From assembly GCA_965113315.1 (NCBI GenBank), contig OZ220367.1: a DNA stretch of 64,000 nucleotides, one strand, 5' to 3'. The DNA comes from Podarcis vaucheri (Eukaryota). Each line of letters begins with the position of its first letter. Position 1 is the first letter of the stretch. Made by a program: the position numbers and the translations under genes. The notes under the pieces were generated by a model. That model made no database searches, was not told the DNA's origin, and saw nothing but the letters and a program-made list of their open reading frames with translations. This document shows, one piece after another, positions 51,295-63,236 of this stretch.

Positions 51295-52015
51295 GCTCTC
51301 TTTCTCTTTGGCAATCACTCGTAGCAGAGTAAGATTGTCTTTCATAAACATGGTTTTAACAATGAGTCCAAAAGTGACTGTGGAGGCCAATTCGGGATCC
51401 ACACATCCTTCCACAGTGGGGACATTGGGTTCTGGGTGGGAGTTGATCACGGTGTGGATTTGCCAAGCATGCCTTCCACTTAGCATGTTTCTCCCTTTCG
51501 TCCTGAGTTTGAGTGTCTTCAAAGCCCATGAGACCTTTGGTAAAGGCTGGAGCACTCGCAGGCCAGTGTTTCCCAGTTGTCAGTGTTTATACTACATTTT
51601 TTAAAGATTTGCCTTGAGACAGTCTTTAAACCTCTTTTGTTGACCACCAGCATTATGCTTTCCATTTTTAAGTTTGGAATAGAGTAGTTGCTTTGGAAGA
51701 CAATCATCAGGCATCCACACAACATGACCGGTCCAACAAAGTTGATGTTGAAGAATCATTGCTTCAACACTGGTGATCTTTGCTTCTTCCAGTACACTGA
51801 TATTAGTTCGCCTGTCTTCCCAAGTGATGTGTAAAATTTTTCGGAGACACCGTTGATGGAATCTTTCAAGCAGTTGGAGATGGCGTTTATAAGTGGTCCA
51901 TGTTGCACAAGCATATCGTAAGGTTGGTAGTACAATAGCTTTGTAAGCAAGCATTTTGGTTTCCTTGCAAATGTCCCGGTCCTCAAACACTCTGCACTTC
52001 AATCGATACTGAAAG
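51295..52015 (-). mobile_element. RTE-clade LINE, 3' fragment
   Basis: ORF 51601-52002 (TKMLAYKAIVLPTLRYAC..LERFHQRCLRKILHITWEDRRTN..WTGHVVWMPDDCLPKQLLY) matches the conserved post-RT region of RTE elements. Confidence 0.88.
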
Positions 52016-54377
52016 CTTATCTCTAACTTGTTTTTGCAGAATTGTGAGAGGACCTCAGCAGCTACGGGGGAGTTGCGGTTAAGGAGATGTTCTTTCCAGC
52101 ACAGTGTAATAGCTTATCTTTTAGAAGTGTGATACCGTCTGCTGAGCGTAGGGGGCATATGCTATGATTTATTGGCCCATAGATGGCCTTTGTGGCTTTA
52201 AAAAAGCTCTGTGCACCATGAGTGCAGAGCACAGCCATCATGGCTAGTAGCCTTCATAGTTCATTTCCTTTTACAGCCCCCTTGCCTTTTTGTTTCTCTG
52301 CTATCACATGTATTCTTTGCACAGGGAAAAGTGTTACACTGAGAAATGCATGCATTTATTTAGACTGCTCCCATATTGGCTGAGTTTTCCAGGGCTGGCA
52401 GTCTGGATTAATCTTTTTTTAAATAACAGTGATCAAACTATATGGAAATGAGCAAGATAGAAATGAGCACCCCATGGCTTGTTTTTATAGTGTTGTTTTT
52501 CAAAAGTCTACCCTATGATTTGTTATCTAAAGGAGATAAGGAACAACACTGAATGTTATTAAATCTTGAATGCAGAGGGACCCCACTGAGTAATCCAGCA
52601 CATTTATTTTTCAGAATAGCTTTTGGTGACACCCGAAAACATTGAAAAATCAGGTTTTGGGGTAACTAAATTCCCTAAGCTGCTTTCTGTCTGATCTGCC
52701 TTCTCTACTCATGTGGGCTGAATCTTGACTTGAAATTCATTCATTCCCCTCACCACCCACTAAGCTTTCAGGGAAATGCTGTGTGTGTGGGAAACACCTT
52801 TGGGTACTTTCACAATTTTCTTGGAAAACTTGAGGGTGGAGGATATCAAACAGAGTTTCCTTACTTCGCTGCAGATTTCACCACCCCTTTCCCGATCTGC
52901 CCCCCTCAACCCTTTTCCTTGAGAAGGGGAAAGGGATAGCTGGCTGCAAGGGGACTCTTTGGGAGACAGAAGAGTGCTTAGCAACCTCTCTTTAACTGGA
53001 AATGCTGATCCACAGCTTGTCTTGCTCTGCTCTTGCTGACTCGCTACATAAAAGCTGAGACTATTCTGCTGATTAACCGTCTGTTGTCTTCTGGCTTTCA
53101 TGGGATTCTTGCTCTGGTTTATTGGTTGCTGCATTGGCTGTTGCAGATTTATTTATGTGGTGTAAGATGCTTGGCCCCAGAGAGGCAAAAGGTGGGATTT
53201 ATGTTCATTTTATTCAGACCTGGTCTTGGCAAACTATGGGGATTTATTGCTCGGTTCATCAAGACCCCAGGGTTGTGCTAGTGCACAGAATTGACAACTG
53301 ACCATCAACTTATGTAACTGGAAACACACAGTTCTGCATGTTCCCATCAGCTAAAATAGCCTGGGTGAGTAAGTGGAGGCTGCTCCCTTCTGCCTCTCAT
53401 AGGAGTGGGAATGGAATGGCAAAAGTGTGAGAGTGGGTAGGTGAAAAAGAGGACAGGGCTCCTTCACCTCTTAAAAGCTGTGCAGATGGTGGAATTGCAC
53501 CACTGAACTAAGTGGAGTTTACTCCTCAGAAATTATGCACTGGATTGCAGTCACTGCTGACCAGGGATGTGAACCTAGGTCTCCTCAACCCAATTCCAAA
53601 CATGTTAACCATTATACCTTCTTTGTCAGGATTAGGAAGCCTCCAGTTTAAATCTTGCCTCTGTAAATTCACTGGATGGATTTGGGTGTCAAATGCTCCA
53701 TTCCCATCTAGAATGTGGTGGGTTAAAAAACGCCAGCCCACCTCATAGATCTGTTATTAACTTCAAGAAAATACAGAGAAAGTTATGGGAACATACTCAA
53801 AAGCTGCCCATAACAGTTAACTGATTCCATCATTATATATTTCATTACAAAATAAATTTCACTAATTTTAAAACTTAGGTACAAAGCAATTTGCAAAGGG
53901 ACAGGTATTTCAATTATTTTGCAGGGTGGGAATCCATCCTTGTTGCAAAGACTTTGCATCCCACTGTGCATGCCACGGAAAGTAATCCTGCTTAGGGGAG
54001 CAACACCTGCACTTGGGTACACGGGTGAATGTGGATGTCCATCCTCTGAACTGCATTAATATCAATGGAGCACATGTTTGGATGTGCATCCCAGAACCAT
54101 CCCGGTTGTGTTTACAAGCAGAATACAGCACCAACAGAGTGGAAGAATGAGGAATAAAAGGAACAACAAATATCCAGAAGAGAAGGGATGATCTTTTCTT
54201 ATTTTTGCAACCCCACAAAATGACAACTCTTGCAGCTGCAAGTTGTGCAGTTCTGGCATAGAAAGCACTGCTAAGTCCCAAATAAAATCAAGGTATACGT
54301 AATAGAAATGTTTAATTCTAGCAGAATTGTGTCCGAGGTTCATTTAAAAGTGTACCAACAAGAACTAAAAGCTCATT

Positions 54378-54401
54378 TGTGTGTGTGTGTGTGTGTGTGT
54401 G
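54378..54401. repeat. (TG)n microsatellite about 0.8 kb upstream of the opsin ATG
   Basis: Seen directly. Confidence 0.95.
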
Positions 54402-55220
54402 GAGACATTGTATTTATCTGCTTCTACCAGGGAGCATAATTTGATTTAGAAATGCATCAAGTGTCCTGGAGTATAGGATTGTAAACTATTTCCCAAAGTT
54501 AAAAACAAAAGCATAAGAACACAAGTTCCCTGTCTTTTTGTGTGTGTCATTATAGAATTATGAGGGGGTGGGGAGACCTATAGATTTCATTTGACACATA
54601 AATCCTAAAGCACCCGGACCTTTCTCATCCCCAGATGGAACCATTTACAGAATTCTGTAGCCTTGCTTGAAACTTCAGTGATCTGAGGAGCTGTCACAAC
54701 CTGAGAAGTGCTGAAAGAGAAAAGAAGGCAGCCTCTCAATCAGACACATGTAACTGATCACCAGGGGGTTAAAATAGACCCCTCCTCCATTCTTTCACCT
54801 TGTCATTATATATTGCTCTTCCGCCGATATTAGAACCAGTCCCTTGTATGTATGTTTCCCTGACCTACATTTTATTTTTCAGGTTGCAACGTTTAACGTT
54901 GGGGATTCGGTACGGTGCCTCAGACAATGAGTGAAGCAAGCAGAAACAAGCGGTCTCCGCTTGGCCACATGGTGGAGCATCGCTGAAAGAAATCCTGGTA
55001 CATTTTAACTCATTGATGTTACCGTTCACCGAATTTGAAAACATTACGAGAAAGAAAGAAAAGAAAGAAAAAAGATGTAACACAGTGAAGGCTTCTCTAT
55101 CTTCTTTTAAGGGTCTTGTGTATGTGTATATATCTGTGTCTGCTTAAGAGAATTTTCCTCTGCTGATCCTGCAATGCTTAGCCAGGCAGCTGAAGGAGAT
55201 CTGGAAGGAGCCTTACTGAG

Positions 55221-55599
55221 ATGACTGTGCCGAGCATCAGCTCCAGTTGCAGTGGTGTTAACAGTGTCTGGTGCAGCAGTAACGGCGGCGGCGGCAGCAG
55301 CAACAACCACAGATATGGCCAAGAGCATCATCTGAGTCCCACTGGCCACCTAGTCACAGCCATCTGCCTTGGCATCATTGGGATTCTGGGTTTCCTAAAT
55401 AATCTCCTGGTCCTGGTACTTTTCTGCCGAAACAAAGTGCTGCGGTCTCCGATTAACTTGCTGCTGATGAACATTTCAGTGAGTGACCTGATGGTGTGCA
55501 TTGTGGGTACCCCTTTCAGCTTTGCGGCCAGCACTCAGGGAAGATGGCTCATAGGGCCAGCTGGCTGCGTGTGGTATGGCTTTGCCAACACCTTGTTTG
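55221..55599 (+). CDS. tmtops: TMT-opsin (teleost multiple tissue opsin, Opn3/encephalopsin group; TMT1-like), first coding exon covering the N-terminus to mid-TM3
   Basis: Translation MTVPSIS...LSPTGHLVTAICLGIIGILGFLNNLLVLVLFCRNKVLRSPINLLLMNISVSDLMVCIVGTPFSFAASTQGRWLIGPAGCVWYGFANTLFG contains opsin TM1 (GFLNN), LRSPIN, TM2 (NISVSDL) and TM3 (GCVWYGF), with Tyr at the bovine rhodopsin 113 position as in TMT opsins. A canonical donor TTTG|GTAAGT at 55599/55600 gives 379 nt (phase 1), the usual ciliary-opsin intron 1 position. ORF-track residues after FG are intron read-through. Confidence 0.93.
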
Positions 55600-56292
55600 G
55601 TAAGTACCACTTTGTTGTCCTGCACCTGTCTAGGAGCATGCTTCCTTCACTTCTTCTCTGTGGCTTGGACCCAGTCAGGGGCTTGCCTACTGAGCAGATC
55701 CCATCTATTGCCTGCTAACTCAGTGTGCATTTTCTTTAGAAAGCTTTGCATCATCTCAGAAGGAGGTTCAGTGCAGCTTAGGTCTCTAGATGCTGCCTTA
55801 CAGCCTCTTTGAGGTACTAACAACAAACTAGATCATAAAGACCAGAGTTGGTAAAGGGCTTGTGGTGGTGCTGGTTGGAGGAAATGAAGTTCTGTAAGTG
55901 TGGAGGACTCTGTGTTTGAAGGAACACAGTTGAGGGACACCTTATTCCCTTTATTTACAAGTTAAGTGCATTATTTGGTTGAGAGGTGATGTGTGTGTGT
56001 GCGTGCGCACGTGTGAGTGAGAGAGTGAGTGAGAGAGAGTGAGAGAGTGCACACACAAGTGCATAGAAGTACCAGAAATCCTATAGACCCCAACCTGATA
56101 CCCTTCAGATGTTTTGGACTACAACTTCCACCAGTCCCAGCCAGCATAGTCAATAGCCTGGAATGATGGGAGTTGCAGTCCAAAACTTTGGGAAGGCACT
56201 AGGATGGGGAAGAGTGCTTTAGATTAAACATGCAAAGGACTCTGGTGATGATGGAGTGTAGATAACATAGTCAAAAGTATATGCTGAGAGCA

Positions 56293-56656
56293 NNNNNNNN
56301 NNNNNNNNNNNNNNNNNNNNNNNNNNNNNNNNNNNNNNNNNNNNNNNNNNNNNNNNNNNNNNNNNNNNNNNNNNNNNNNNNNNNNNNNNNNNNNNNNNNN
56401 NNNNNNNNNNNNNNNNNNNNNNNNNNNNNNNNNNNNNNNNNNNNNNNNNNNNNNNNNNNNNNNNNNNNNNNNNNNNNNNNNNNNNNNNNNNNNNNNNNNN
56501 NNNNNNNNNNNNNNNNNNNNNNNNNNNNNNNNNNNNNNNNNNNNNNNNNNNNNNNNNNNNNNNNNNNNNNNNNNNNNNNNNNNNNNNNNNNNNNNNNNNN
56601 NNNNNNNNNNNNNNNNNNNNNNNNNNNNNNNNNNNNNNNNNNNNNNNNNNNNNNNN
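56293..56656. other. Assembly gap
   Basis: Run of N. Confidence 1.
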
Positions 56657-56873
56657 AGCTATCTAGCTATTATTTATCTACCTATAAAGCAATGAAAGTT
56701 TTTGGAACTACGTTTGGAACTAGGTGAAAACAGGACTAGGTTGAATATCTGGGGCTACAAAGGGAACAGTAAAAAGGTAATGGAGCTGTATTCCTGCATT
56801 GACAAGTCTGCAGCTGTGCTTTTGTTTCAGTAAGGGAGCCCTGGGATTTGTGATTAGCTATAGTATTGTGAGT

Positions 56874-56955
56874 GGAAGACAGAAGTGCCTGGCATGCTCT
56901 GGTCCATGTGGTCACGAAGAGTCAGACACGACTAAATGACTAAACAACAACAACA
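56874..56955 (+). mobile_element. Bov-B (RTE) extreme 3' end, about 80 bp
   Basis: gcctggcatgctctggtccatgtggtcacgaagagtcagacacgactaaatgactaaacaacaac, with a perfect 14-bp TSD ATAGTATTGTGAGT (56860-56873 / 56955-56968). Confidence 0.85.
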
Positions 56956-57157
56956 TAGTATTGTGAGTATAGGATGAAGGGGGCTTTAGACTATTATGGT
57001 AGGTGGGGAATGACAGCATGACTCTCTGATAGTCTGCCCCTATTAACTTGCTTCTGAGTAGACATGCATAGAATTGCATAGAATCTCAGTTATATTGTAG
57101 CAAAGTTTAGCATTTGGGGGCTTGAGTATATGTCTAAAGAGCTGAAGGATGCAAATA

Positions 57158-57399
57158 CAGTGGTACCTCGTGTTATGTACCGTCCCCCTTATAAATGCTT
57201 CGGGTTACGTGCTCCGCTAACCCGGAAGTAGATGCCCCTTGTTGTGAACTTTGCCCCGGGATGTGAATGGAAGTCGCGCCCTGGTGGCGTGGCAGCAGCG
57301 GGAGGCGCCATTAGCGAAACTGCGCCTCATGTTACGAGCGGCTTCCGGTTATGAACGGACCTCTGGAACGGATAAAGTACGTAACACAAGGTACCACTG
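57158..57399. mobile_element. Tc1/mariner-type MITE (variant subfamily) in the opsin intron
   Basis: TA|CAGTGGTACCTCGTGTTA...TAACACAAGGTACCACTG|TG. Confidence 0.82.
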
Positions 57400-57850
57400 T
57401 GTGGTTATGTATTTTGGTGTAGGATTGCAGCCTTAATAACTTCAGTTTGGGTCCCCTGTGAAGTGTTTAAGAGCAATGTAGTGTTTTGGTTTGCGCTTTT
57501 GCCATATTTGTTCATTTTATCCGCCCTTCTGTGGTTTGCTATTTTCTCATGCTACTGATCTCCTTGTCTTCATTTTATGTCTAAAACTCAATGCAAAAAT
57601 TCAGTTCCATTGGTTATACTCAAGGGAGTGATCATGGTTCCACATCATAATTAATACCCATAACTTCCAGCATGGAATCACTTGATGCTTCCAACCAGCT
57701 CCAATACAAAAATTAAAAACCTGCTAATAGTCACATTTATATTGCTCTGTACAGTGTACAAAGCTTATCACCCAGCTCAGTATTATTATCCCTATAATGG
57801 ATAGTGGTGGTGGTTGAGACAGCAAGAAAATGGCTTTCATTTCATTAGAG

Positions 57851-58066
57851 GTAGTGTGGTGTAGTGGTTAAGAGTGGTAGACTCGTAATCTGGTGAACCG
57901 GGTTTGCGTCTCCGCTCCTCCACATGCAGCTGCTGGGTGACCTTGGGTTAGTCACACTTCTCTGAAGTCTCTCAGCCCCACTCACCTCACAGAATGTTTG
58001 TTGTGGGGGAGGAAGGGAAAGGAGAATGTTAGCCACTTTGAGACTCCTTCGGGTAGTGATAAAGTG
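57851..58066 (+). mobile_element. tRNA-derived SINE running into an assembly gap
   Basis: Same family as 2237. Confidence 0.85.
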
Positions 58067-58200
58067 NNNNNNNNNNNNNNNNNNNNNNNNNNNNNNNNNN
58101 NNNNNNNNNNNNNNNNNNNNNNNNNNNNNNNNNNNNNNNNNNNNNNNNNNNNNNNNNNNNNNNNNNNNNNNNNNNNNNNNNNNNNNNNNNNNNNNNNNNN
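58067..58200. other. Assembly gap
   Basis: Run of N. Confidence 1.
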
Positions 58201-59624
58201 TGTTCAGGACAGAGATAGGTTTTGAACCAGTGTTCTTTAGCTTATTGCTCTCTCTTAAAAACCACATTGCACTCTTTCTCTCACATATACAGTTTGTGCT
58301 TCAGCATCAAGAGCAAAGCCACTGTCAGAGACAGGATATCACTGCTGCTGAGTGAGGGTGGTTATGAAACAACAACACTAAATGTACACTTTGAAAAGAC
58401 ATCTGAGGTTTCTTCTCCTTTGCATATGTCATGTTTTCATGGAGAAACTGCTTGGCCTAGAAATTTCAAACTTTCCCTAGGTATCATTGAGAAAGCTTTT
58501 GACGACCTCTCCTTCTTGCCCGTATTTCAGATGTGGTCTTATGCTTCTTTTGCAAGTTACTTTGTAAAGAGTCTGGTGCAGAGTTGGTGGCCCTGAAGGT
58601 TTTGCTGCTGTTCTCCTTTAAGTGTGGCTCTGTGCGCTATGTCTCAGTTGTGCCTATCAACAATGCATTCTGGCTGGATTTCAGTTGAAAGTGTACGAGC
58701 CCTGATGGATCAGACCCCAATTTCTATCTAGTCCAGCATCTTGTTTCCCATAGTAACCAGCCAGAAACGTGCAAGCAAGCAGGAGATGAGGGCAACAGCC
58801 TGCCCTGCTATTGTTCCCTGCAACTGGAATTTAGAGATATGCTGCCTCATTTCTGATGCTGGATGTAATAGCATAGCAGACACTGGTAGCGTTATTCTCC
58901 ATGCATTTGTTGAAACATCCTTCAAAGCCATTTTAGCTAGTGGAGCAAATTCCATAATTTAACTACACACTGTGTGAAGAAATATCTCCTCTGGCTTGTC
59001 TTTCATTCAGCTTCATTGGTTGACCATAGGTCCCAGACACCTCTCTAATGTCCTCCCATTACTCATTATTCAAGCAGCATCTATCAAAATTCTGTGTTTT
59101 GCTCAAGTATTAAAAGCACAGGAGCTCTGCCTCTTTTGTATGTGGCCACCCTAAGTGTTATTTCAGATCAGGGCTCCCCCTCCCCAGCTGGAGCTCACCA
59201 GAGCTCAGCTCTGGCACCTCTCAGGTGGGTGCCATTGCCATTTCAAGAAAACAAGGGAGAAGTTCATGGTGAGCTCTGGCGCCTCTTTTTCTAGAAAAAA
59301 AGCACTGCTTCAGATCCTTTGATCCTTGTTATTGTCATTTTCCCCGCTTTTCCCCACTCTTCAATATCCTTTCTGAGATGTGGCAACCCAAAATGTAAAC
59401 ATTATTCCAAGTGAGGCAATAAATATCTCTATCATTATGGCATCTATAGCCCACTCCTCCTTCAAGGAGCTCAAGATGGCAGAGATGGCTCCTCCATCTC
59501 ACACATACTTTGTTCTCATACCAAGCTTCTGAGGTAGGTTAGGCAAGAGAGAGAGTCTGCTCCCAAGAGCACCCCATAAGTTTCATGGCTATGTGGGGAT
59601 TTGAATCAAACACTCTAACCATGA

Positions 59625-60372
59625 TGCCTCTTTCCCTCTTTTTAACTCTATCCAAGTTGGTGGGCATAACTGCTTCCTGTGGCAGTGAGTTCCATAGTTT
59701 CATTATGTTGAAACACTTTCTTTTGTCTGTGCTGAATCTTCCAACATTCAGCTTCTCAGGATGCCCATGAGCTCTAGTCTTATGAGAGGAGAAAACTTTT
59801 ACTAAACCCACTTTCTCCATGCCATACATAGTTTTTATAAACTTTTGCAATTCTGCCTCTTATTCACTTTTCCTGTAAACTAAAAGTCCCAGACGTTGCA
59901 ACCTTTCTTCATAGAGGAAATCCATCCATACATCCCCTTAACTATTTGCGCTGCTGTTTTCTGAACCTTTTCCTACTCTACAATATCCTTTTTCAGGTGA
60001 GGTGACCAGAAGTGTGCACAGTATTCCAAATACAGTCACATCATAGATTCATATAACAGTATTTTGATATTAGCAGTTTTATTTTCAGTGCCTTACCTAA
60101 TGATCCCTAGCATGTCCTTTGCCTTTCTCACAGCTGCTGCAAATTGGGTTGATGTTTTTATCAAGCTATCCACTATGACCCCAAGGTCTGTTGCTATCAG
60201 TTCAGTCCCAATGAGCGTATATGTGAAATTAATACTTTTTTGTCCAGGCAGGCACTTTACACTTTCTTACATTGAATTGCATTTGCTGTTTATTCCTAAT
60301 TTCTGCTTCTTGCTGTTTAACCAATGCCTGATCCAGGAGAGTACCCCTCCTCTTATTCCATGACTGCTAAGC
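59625..60372 (-). mobile_element. CR1 LINE ORF2 3' fragment
   Basis: TRAHGHPEKLNVGRFSTDKRK..MKLWNSLPQEAV motif. Further decayed CR1 3' pieces lie at about 3955-4140, 35855-36178, 51125-51290 and 58697-59415. Confidence 0.8.
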
Positions 60373-61635
60373 TTAATCAGGAAACTTCTAAGGCACAGTC
60401 ATTTGGGTAGCTAGAGATTTTATCTCTTGGTTGTTACCGGGGCACTTAAGGAGCCAATCTTTGTGAGGATAGCTGAAGTCACTCGTAACTGCAACATTCC
60501 CTCTTTTGAATGCTTCATTCATTTCATCCTTCATCTCAATATCTCCCTAGGCATTTTGATCAGGCAGGTGATAGCACACCCACAGTGCTAACTTAAACAC
60601 CCACTGGTCCCACCCTGGCTCTCTGGCAGTTGTCTGTCTGCAGTCCTGGGAGCAGATTAAGAAAATGCATAAGCATCTTTTGAGAAGAAGAGTGAGGTGT
60701 GCCTCCAAGTTTTATCCAGAAAAAAGCAATATCTTTGCACATCTGTAAGGTCAAAGTTTAACACTGATCTAGATGAACAAGGATGATTCCCCCATTTTCT
60801 TCTTTTGAAGCAGAGAACAAGTAGAGGTGGCCATTGCAATCCCAACTCTCCAAGCATTGGGAAGTAAATTACAACCAGGGTGGTGTTTTTTCTTTCTTTT
60901 TCTTCTTCTTGTCTGTGCAGACAGACTTTCATTTATTGGGATTTTTCTGTGAATCATGATTTCTACCCACCTTGTTTTCAGCTGTTAAAAATAGGCATCA
61001 TTTCCTCTTCACCAATATATTTTATTAATATTCCCTCTGTTTCTGGGCGCTCATCCTTAGGATGTGACAATATATTTCCTTTTATCAAATCAGCAGCAGA
61101 GCATGGTGGAGAGAGACTGCTGTTCTCTTTCTAACACCTTTCCATGCTTCTGATGCTATCCAGACTGGCTTCACCAGAGCATGCTCCTATCCTCCCGGGT
61201 GCTCTGATTTCTGACCTAATCAAATGTTTTCAGTACGTACACATTCTTATTTTGTTTCTGTTTTCAAAATACACTTCAAAACGAACCTCCTTCAAAAAGG
61301 CTTTTATACACAGTTTCTGCACCAGGCAAAGATCTGCTTCCTGCTTGCCTCTCATTAGTTTCTTTGTTAGGAATCCAGGTTGTATTTTAGTATTTGACAT
61401 TTAACCTTGATACCTTAGAAAGGAGCTAATGAGAGGCAAGTGAGAGGCAGGTCCCTGACTGCTGCTGGAATATTTCCAAGCAATTTAGGAAACGCTGCTA
61501 TCCATGGTTAGTGTGTGTAGGTTTTTCATACTAGCACATTTCAGTGGCTGGAGTGGACTTCTTCAAACTTTTCATGCTCCATCCATATTAAATAACTTTC
61601 AATGTAAGGGAAAGCTGCAAAACACTTGGCATACA

Positions 61636-61855
61636 CCAGCATGGTGTAGTGGTTAGTGTGTCAGACTAGGACCTGATAGAACAGGGTTCAAATCCTCACT
61701 CGACCATAAAACTCACTGGGTGGCCTAGGGCCAGTTACTGCCTCTCAGCCTAACCTACCTCACAGGGTTGCTGTGAAGAGAAAATGAAGAAAGGGAGAAC
61801 CATATACAATCCTCAGATGAAAAGATGGTGTATAAATGAAATGACTAAATAATAA
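61636..61855 (+). mobile_element. Older tRNA-derived (MIR/CORE-like) SINE
   Basis: A-box TGGTGTAGTGG, B-box GGTTCAAATCC and cctacctcacagggttgctgtga core. Confidence 0.72.
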
Positions 61856-61887
61856 AAATTTGTTGAATGGAAGAAAGTTAAGCTGCC

Positions 61888-61926
<39 letters not shown>

Positions 61927-62240
61927 TTATTATTTATACCCCGCCCATCTGGCTGGGCCTCCCCAGCCACTCTGGGCGGCTTCCATAAAAACCAAAAATA
62001 CAATAAAATATCACACGTTAAAAACTTCCCTGAACAGGGCTGCCTTAAGATGTCTCCTGAATGTCAGGTAGTTGTTTATCGCTTTGACATCTGCTGGAAG
62101 GGCGTTCCACAGGGCGGGCGCCACTACCGAGAAGGCCCTCTGCCTGGTTCCCTGTAGCTTTGCTTCTCGCAATGAGGGAACCGCCAGAAGGCCCTCGGCG
62201 CTGGACCTCAGCGTCCAGGCAGAATGATGGGGGTGGCTCA
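61888..62240 (-). mobile_element. L2 LINE 3' end with (AAT)n tail
   Basis: RAFSVVAPALWNALP..FRRHLKAALF is the canonical L2 ORF2 C-terminus. Confidence 0.88.
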
Positions 62241-62277
62241 TATTTCAATCCAAAGCATGTTGACTCAGGAGGAGTAA

Positions 62278-62620
62278 AAAGGTAAAGGTAAAGGACCCCT
62301 GACAGTTAAGTCCAGTCACGGACGACTCTAGGGTTGTGGCTCTCATCTCGCTTTACTGACCGAGGGAGCTGGCGTTTGTCCGCAGACAGTTTTTCTGGGT
62401 TATGTGGCCAGCATGACTAAGCCGCTTCTGGTGCAACAGAACACCGAAACCAGAGCAGTGCATGGAAACACCATTTACCTCCCCGCCAGAGCAGTATCTA
62501 TTTATCTACTTGCACTTTGATGTGCTTTTGAACTGCTAGGTGGGCAGGAGCTGGGACTGAGCAACGGGAGCTCACCCTGTCATGGGGATTCGAACCGCCG
62601 ACCTTCCAATCGGCAAGCCT
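62278..62620 (-). mobile_element. Sauria SINE
   Basis: (AAGGTA)n tail, body and B-box (ggattcgaacc) homologous to the other copies. Confidence 0.88.
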
Positions 62621-62937
62621 ACTAAATAGGTCCCACTAAATTCAGTAGGACTTGCTGTCTTGTAGGGATGGATTTTTTGGGATCATAGCCTCAAAAACAG
62701 CAGCTGAGACAATATATGGCTGCTTTCACCAGCTTGGTCCCCTTCAGATATTTTCAATTACAATGCTCATCAGTCCCAGCTAGCACAGCCAATGGCCAAA
62801 ACATCTTGAGGGCATCAGGCTACGGAAGGATGACCTAATCAAAGCTCCATTGACTGCAGTGACTCTGAGGAAGTGTTTGAGGGATCATCCCCTCTGTTTT
62901 GAATGCCTGTGTGTGACTTGGAACCCATCAAGCTGAA

Positions 62938-63236
62938 CCCCCATCATTCTGAAGTCTAGCTCTGAGGGCCTTCTGGTGGTTCCCTTACTGAGAGAAGTGA
63001 GGTTACAGGGAACCAGACAGAGGACCTTTTCAGTAGTGGCTCCCGCCCTGTGGAAGGCCCTCCCATCAGATGTCAAGGGAATAAATAACTACCTGACTTT
63101 TAGAAGACATCTGAAGGCAGCCCTGTTTAGGGAAGTTTTTAACGTTTGATGTGTTATTGAATTTTTAATATTTTGTTGAAAGCTGCCCAGAGTGGCTGGT
63201 GTGTGTATAAAATTATTATTTTATATTATATTATTA
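62938..63236 (+). mobile_element. L2 LINE 3' end, inverted relative to 61888-62240
   Basis: Homologous to the preceding copy in the opposite orientation, with an (ATT)n-like tail. Confidence 0.85.

Noticed and set aside
55600-55718. C-terminal 39 aa of the 165-aa ORF in the track
   Set aside because: Read-through past a canonical GTAAGT donor at the conserved opsin intron position; opsin similarity stops at FG.
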